64,000 nucleotides of DNA from an uncultured cyanobacterium (GTDB taxonomy: Bacteria; Cyanobacteriota; Cyanobacteriia; Cyanobacteriales; CAWCAG01): contig CAWDOD010000010.1 in the NCBI GenBank assembly GCA_963803805.1, positions 320,001-384,000 of the forward strand, read 5' to 3'. Within the stretch, counting starts at the first letter, position 1; every line of letters begins with the position of its first letter. This document shows positions 59,496 through 64,000 of this stretch, in pieces. A program made the position numbers and the translations under genes. The notes below the pieces were generated by a model. It saw only the letters and a list, made by a program, of their open reading frames with translations, had not been told where the DNA came from and searched no databases.

Positions 59496-61160
59496 TTAGA
59501 AACTAAAGGTAGTACGAATAGTACCAATTACTTGGTCTTCGTTATTATTGTTATGATCTGGGGCTGTTACCCAAATAAGTCCTGGGGTAATGGCAATATT
59601 ATCTGATAATTGATATTGGTAAAAGGCTTCTATATGCAATCCTGTATCTTGGTCTTCATTGTTTCCCGATGCTAAAACAATGTTAGAATCCGTTACCTTG
59701 GGTTCCATACCCACCACAATACCACCCAGGCTGCCTTCTTTGCCTAAATCGGGGAAACCTAGAGTAACCGCCCAATTCCAAATATCTAAGTTACCGCGAG
59801 TCAAAGCTGTAGTATTTGTACCCAAAGTGCCAGCATTAGTATAACCAGCCCATCCTCCAAGCACAAACTTATCACTCAATTGCCATGACAATTCGACACC
59901 ATAGGAGTTGTGGTAAGTAGGTACAGAGGTAGGTATTGCCGTAGCAAAGCCAGCAAAATCAGCTAAACGACTGCCTGTACCCGTAGCCAGGGAGTTATAA
60001 CCATGGAGATAAGTTAATCCTACGTTGAGTCCTGAGATAGGTTGGAAAACCGCTTGCCCAAAAGCAGTATAAGCCCCGTCAAATAAGCCATTACCAGCAC
60101 TAGGATCATTATGATTATTCGCTGCATAACCAAAGGCAACCTCTACTTTCTCTCCTAAACGAGTTGCAACACCAACTCCTGCACCCTCAAAGGGATAATA
60201 GATAGGGTTGCGAGTACCAAATACAGATATAGAACCTTCTGCACCGTCGCCATCTAGCAAGTTAACAGTACTGGCAAAGTCATCGGAAGCACCCCCTGCT
60301 GCGAGGATTACTACTTCTGTATTATCCCCAAAGGGAAAGCTATATTTGAGGACTTCCAAAGCCACATTACTATCTTCAGGTTGGGCAAAGCTAACATCTC
60401 CTTCAGTAGTTCCGGTTACGCTGGAAAATTCGGGAAATGTACCTGTGGCTAGTCGGGTGAAAAGTAAGTCTTCCCCGGTGAAGCTGGTTTCTAGTTCTAA
60501 GCGAGTGCGATGACCGAACACCGTTGTTTCATTAGCTTCGGTACTGGTTTCAACATTATCTCCAGAAAAGAGGCTACCAAGACCAAAAACCACCTGTCCC
60601 ACAAGTTTGCTAGTGGTGGAAAATTGCTGATCTTCGACAAAAGCAACACGACTTTCTAAGTCATCTACCCTAGCTCCTAAAGTTGCTAATTCTGCCTCAA
60701 ATTCTTGAACTAAACGCCGTAGGGTTGCTAAATCCCCATCTTCAAGATTACCTGTACCTATGTTAGTTTCAATGTACTCCATACAGCGACTGAGGGCTGC
60801 TGCAAATTCGTAGCGAGTAATATTGCGTTGACCCTTGAAAGTGCTGTCAGGATAGCCGACAATACAACCGTATTTATCTACCATCTTTTCTACAGCTTCG
60901 TACCAAAATGGGTCAATATCTGTCAACTGGTTGACGCTGGTTACTTGGTCTAGGGATTCTGAAGATTGTCCTTGCCCTTCATTACCATAGCGAATAACAT
61001 CTTCTAATAAGTTGCCTTCATCACTATCAGGAGAAACCTGAGCTAACAATTGGTCGCTTTCTAAATCTGCTGCTTGGGCGATTCCAGCACTTAAAAAGCT
61101 TATGCTGATTGCTGCGGAACTAAATAGACAAACTGATAACAGGGTTTTGATTTTGCTCAT
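59496..61160 (-). CDS. Cyanobacterial SLH-OprB outer-membrane porin
   Basis: QVTSVNQLTD, GYPD.TF.G...ITRYEFAA (SLH), QFSTTSKL.G, terminal GTIRTTFSF. Confidence 0.93.
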   Translation of the reverse strand: MSKIKTLLSVCLFSSAAISISFLSAGIAQAADLESDQLLAQVSPDSDEGNLLEDVIRYGNEGQGQSSESLDQVTSVNQLTDIDPFWYEAVEKMVDKYGCIVGYPDSTFKGQRNITRYEFAAALSRCMEYIETNIGTGNLEDGDLATLRRLVQEFEAELATLGARVDDLESRVAFVEDQQFSTTSKLVGQVVFGLGSLFSGDNVETSTEANETTVFGHRTRLELETSFTGEDLLFTRLATGTFPEFSSVTGTTEGDVSFAQPEDSNVALEVLKYSFPFGDNTEVVILAAGGASDDFASTVNLLDGDGAEGSISVFGTRNPIYYPFEGAGVGVATRLGEKVEVAFGYAANNHNDPSAGNGLFDGAYTAFGQAVFQPISGLNVGLTYLHGYNSLATGTGSRLADFAGFATAIPTSVPTYHNSYGVELSWQLSDKFVLGGWAGYTNAGTLGTNTTALTRGNLDIWNWAVTLGFPDLGKEGSLGGIVVGMEPKVTDSNIVLASGNNEDQDTGLHIEAFYQYQLSDNIAITPGLIWVTAPDHNNNNEDQVIGTIRTTFSF

Positions 61161-61209
61161 TAACTCACACCTTAAAGAGTAAATATGCTAATTGAGATTC
61201 CAAGCGGTC

Positions 61210-61232
61210 TTTATGATAATGATTATCATAAA
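61210..61232. promoter_or_regulatory. Zur/Fur-family box upstream of the porin
   Basis: Perfect palindrome TTTATGATAAT-G-ATTATCATAAA containing TGATAATnATTATCA. Confidence 0.75.
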
Positions 61233-61469
61233 TGATTGAAAATGGATGGGGCAAAATTAAGTCGAGTACTAAGTTTATATTTATTGCTACTATTTAGCAA
61301 TAGTAAAAGAAGCTCTTATCAAAAGTAAGTAGTTGTAAACATCTCTTGATTTCCTGCTATAAAAGGACTTTGTAGAAAAAGTCATGATAAAAACCAAGTT
61401 TTATTTAAGTTCATTTTGCATTAAGATAACCTGCCTACTGAGAGTTAGAAGATATATAGCTTACCCTTG

Positions 61470-61488
61470 GGTACAAATGTACTATAAT
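61470..61488 (+). promoter_or_regulatory. LexA box overlapping a TATAAT -10 element
   Basis: GGTACAAATGTACT fits RGTACNNNDGTWCB and is followed by TATAAT (61483-61488), about 40 bp before the 61530 ATG. Confidence 0.65.
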
Positions 61489-61529
61489 AAAGAAAGCAAC
61501 GAGTTAACCCTTCACCTTCATCTGTAGCT

Positions 61530-61799
61530 ATGATTAAGCATTACGTTCTTACCCTCAACCCCGAAGCACAGTATGACTGGGAACAGTCCAATTTAAGGGA
61601 ACCCATTACAGGCGATCGCCCAGATTTAACGGCTATGCTTGCTGAAGCAGTGGATAATCAACCAGGATCTTATTTAATTTCGGTAAATGTGGAAGTTAAA
61701 GTTTTAGAAAAAGTGACGACACATGATTACAAGCAGCTTTCTCTCGATTTACCAAAACTTTCTTCAGCAACCCAACTAGAAGAGTTGATGGCATCTTAA
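61530..61799 (+). CDS. Small hypothetical protein (89 aa)
   Basis: ATG, upstream promoter, downstream hairpin at 61814-61837. Confidence 0.7.
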   Translation: MIKHYVLTLNPEAQYDWEQSNLREPITGDRPDLTAMLAEAVDNQPGSYLISVNVEVKVLEKVTTHDYKQLSLDLPKLSSATQLEELMAS

Positions 61800-61858
61800 A
61801 CATACAGATTAAATAGGGCAGGCAATGTTTGCCCTACCATTCTATTTTGTGTGGAAAC

Positions 61859-61911
61859 AAAAAAAGGAGAGCCACTTAATGTAACTCTCCCAGTCATCAG
61901 GGTGCATCTAC
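61859..61911 (-). ncRNA. NsiR1-like small RNA, copy 1
   Basis: GTAGATGCACCCTGAT 5' motif, GGAGAG..CTCTCC hairpin plus U-tract; promoter GTGACA-N17-TATTCT. Confidence 0.65.
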
Positions 61912-62081
61912 GCAAACTAGAATAACATACTTTTTGAGGGGTGTCACCCCCTATGGGAGTTTTTGCTGTTAACTTCTTTTAATCACTAATAATAATACGC
62001 AAATACTAATTCCGTTTCTACCAAAGAGAAATTCACAACTCCAAAAGCTCTTGTGGGGAGTTATCTAGGCTTTTAGACAAC

Positions 62082-62134
62082 AAAAAAAGGAGAGCCACTT
62101 AATGTAACTCTCCCAGTCATCAGGGTGCATCTAC
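62082..62134 (-). ncRNA. NsiR1-like small RNA, copy 2
   Basis: Identical to copy 1 at a 223-bp offset; promoter GTGACG-N17-TATTCT. Confidence 0.65.
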
Positions 62135-62261
62135 GCAAACTAGAATAACATACTTATCAAGGTACGTCACCCCCTAATGGTATTTTTTTGTAAGCCATTT
62201 GGTTTGCCATAAACATTTTTACCTAAGTACATATTCGAGGGTATTTTCCTTACCCATCACA

Positions 62262-63626
62262 TCACTGCTTCTTTTTCATTGACTTAGACTGCCATCCCTT
62301 CCTCACCACCTGGCGGGATCTTGCTACCACTAAAGAATCATCTTCTACATCTTTTGTTACTACCGAACCCGCAGCAACCGTTACATTTTCTCCTAAAGTA
62401 ACTGGGGCCACCAACACACTATTGGAACCAGTTTTACTACTATTACCGATCAAAGTAGGGTGTTTTTGATAACCATCGTAATTAGCAGTTATAGTACCAG
62501 CACCAATATTAACGTTATCCCCCACAGTGGCATCTCCTAAATAAGCAAGGTGGGCTGCGTTAGTTTTGTTACCAATAGTCGTCTTCTTCACTTCCACAAA
62601 GTTACCCAAGCGGCAAGATTCTCCTACCTTTGCTTGACCCCGTAGATGGGTATAAGGGCCAATTTGTGTTCCTGCCGCCACTTGACTATCCCTAACCACT
62701 GAATAAAAAACAGTCACATTTTCGCCAATGTGACTGTTTTCGATTAAACTTCCTGGCCCCACACGACTTCCGGAACCAATAGTTGTCTTACCTCGCAAAT
62801 GGGTTTGAGGTTCAATAATCACATCTGCCTGCAACTGTACCGTTTCATCAATAGTAATGCTATCGGGGTCAATCATCGTTACCCCTGCTTTTAACCAATG
62901 ATCCTTAACTCTTTGTTGCAGCATCTTCCCCGCGGCAGCCAATTGCTGACGATCGTTAATTCCAGTAATCTCTTGGTAATCAGCCACATCAACAGCCATC
63001 ACTGTTTCTAATAAAGAACAAACATCCGTAAGATAATATTCTTTCTGGTCATTATCTGCGGATAATTGGGGTAGAACTGCTGCTAATTTTGGCCAATTGA
63101 AGCAATAAACTCCGGCATTAATACGTTTATTTTCTTTTTGTTTAGGAGTACAATCCCGGTGTTCAACAATTTTTTCCACTAAATAATTACGATCACAAAA
63201 TACCCTACCGTAACCTTGAGGATTTGGTAATTGGGCTGTTAATAGAGTTGCTGCGTTACCATTTTTTTTATGGGTTTCGACTAGTTTTTTTAGGGTTTCT
63301 CGACGGAGTAAAGGAACATCCCCATTAAGTACTAACAAATCTCCTTCAAAATTTTTTAAGTAAGGTAAAATTTGCTGGACTGCATGACCTGTACCCAATT
63401 GCTGAGTCTGTTCAACAAACTCAATACCGGGAAGAGACTGGAGATTTTCCTTAACTCTTTGGGCCTCATAACCAACAATCACTATTTTTTGGGAAGGGTT
63501 AAGGGACTCACTACTATTAAGTACTCGTTCAACTAAAGACTTCCCCCCCAAGCTATGCAAAACCTTGGGTAAGTCTGACTTCATTCTCGTACCCTTTCCT
63601 GCTGCAAGAACTGCTACCGCTACCAT
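62262..63626 (-). CDS. glmU: Bifunctional UDP-GlcNAc pyrophosphorylase/glucosamine-1-P acetyltransferase
   Basis: [32 protein letters not shown], hexapeptide repeats. Confidence 0.96.
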   Translation of the reverse strand: MVAVAVLAAGKGTRMKSDLPKVLHSLGGKSLVERVLNSSESLNPSQKIVIVGYEAQRVKENLQSLPGIEFVEQTQQLGTGHAVQQILPYLKNFEGDLLVLNGDVPLLRRETLKKLVETHKKNGNAATLLTAQLPNPQGYGRVFCDRNYLVEKIVEHRDCTPKQKENKRINAGVYCFNWPKLAAVLPQLSADNDQKEYYLTDVCSLLETVMAVDVADYQEITGINDRQQLAAAGKMLQQRVKDHWLKAGVTMIDPDSITIDETVQLQADVIIEPQTHLRGKTTIGSGSRVGPGSLIENSHIGENVTVFYSVVRDSQVAAGTQIGPYTHLRGQAKVGESCRLGNFVEVKKTTIGNKTNAAHLAYLGDATVGDNVNIGAGTITANYDGYQKHPTLIGNSSKTGSNSVLVAPVTLGENVTVAAGSVVTKDVEDDSLVVARSRQVVRKGWQSKSMKKKQ

Positions 63627-63734
63627 CGCTTCTCCCCAAGTCAAAGTGCTTCGAGGTGGAGTATAACCTAAACGTTTGGTAATTTAAAGCTTGAATTTTA
63701 GTTTTAGGGTAGCAAATTTCTGCTTAATTCCCGT

Positions 63735-64000
63735 TTATGCCTGAGAATCTCCTTCTGCTTTTTCACTCAAAACAGAACGAACAAATTCTGTAAACTGATC
63801 TGCGAGTTGAGGATTACGCCAGCCTTTATTCTTTTCTTCGAGGATAATTTCTAAGGCCTGTTGGGGAGTGAAAGCTTGTTTATAAGGACGTTTACTTGTT
63901 AAGGCATTGTAAATATCGATAATTTGAAAGATTTGTGCCAGCAAAGGAATATCTTCCCCTACTAAACCATCAGGATAACCGCCCCCATCCCAACGTTCGT
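63735..64000 (-). CDS. HD-GYP domain protein, C-terminal part (5' end beyond the window)
   Basis: ERWDGGGYPDGL.GE.IP, ALTSKRPYK. Confidence 0.85.
   Translation of the reverse strand, partial: ERWDGGGYPDGLVGEDIPLLAQIFQIIDIYNALTSKRPYKQAFTPQQALEIILEEKNKGWRNPQLADQFTEFVRSVLSEKAEGDSQA

Noticed and set aside
632-60513. Numerous short ORFs antisense to or nested in confident genes (e.g. 632-1051, 14526-14894, 40002-40367, 60208-60513)
   Set aside because: Shadow ORFs of real genes with no independent motifs.

Overview
Cyanobacterial chromosomal window, recognisable from dense HIP1 (GCGATCGC) sites, heptamer STRR tracts, rpaA and an SLH-OprB porin. The left end carries a complete type I-D CRISPR-Cas interference module (WYL regulator divergent from cas3-cas10d-cas7-cas5-cas6). 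It has no cas4/cas1/cas2, and no CRISPR array is visible in the window. A cryptic in-frame cas11d start lies inside cas10d, REP elements occupy three of the four cas intergenic spacers, and a 24-nt mini-element interrupts a HIP1 site inside cas3. At 22.6-24.5 kb a REP-associated tyrosine transposase (RAYT) abuts a 1.25-kb array: two full REPINs followed by six head-to-tail 130-132 bp one-ended copies, then a DUF433/PIN toxin-antitoxin pair. Further accessory elements are a two-gene cluster (DarB/StlD-like ketosynthase fused to a heme-oxygenase-like diiron domain, plus an unknown protein), a LuxR-HTH/vWA regulator opposite a PEP-CTERM gene, two identical NsiR1-like sRNA copies each with its own promoter, and Zur/Fur- and LexA-type boxes. 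The rest is housekeeping: tex, signalling genes, ABC binding proteins, mltA, dacB, frameshifted murA, tRNA-Leu(CAG), lpdA, trpC and glmU. All family assignments come from motif recognition by eye; no database search was run.
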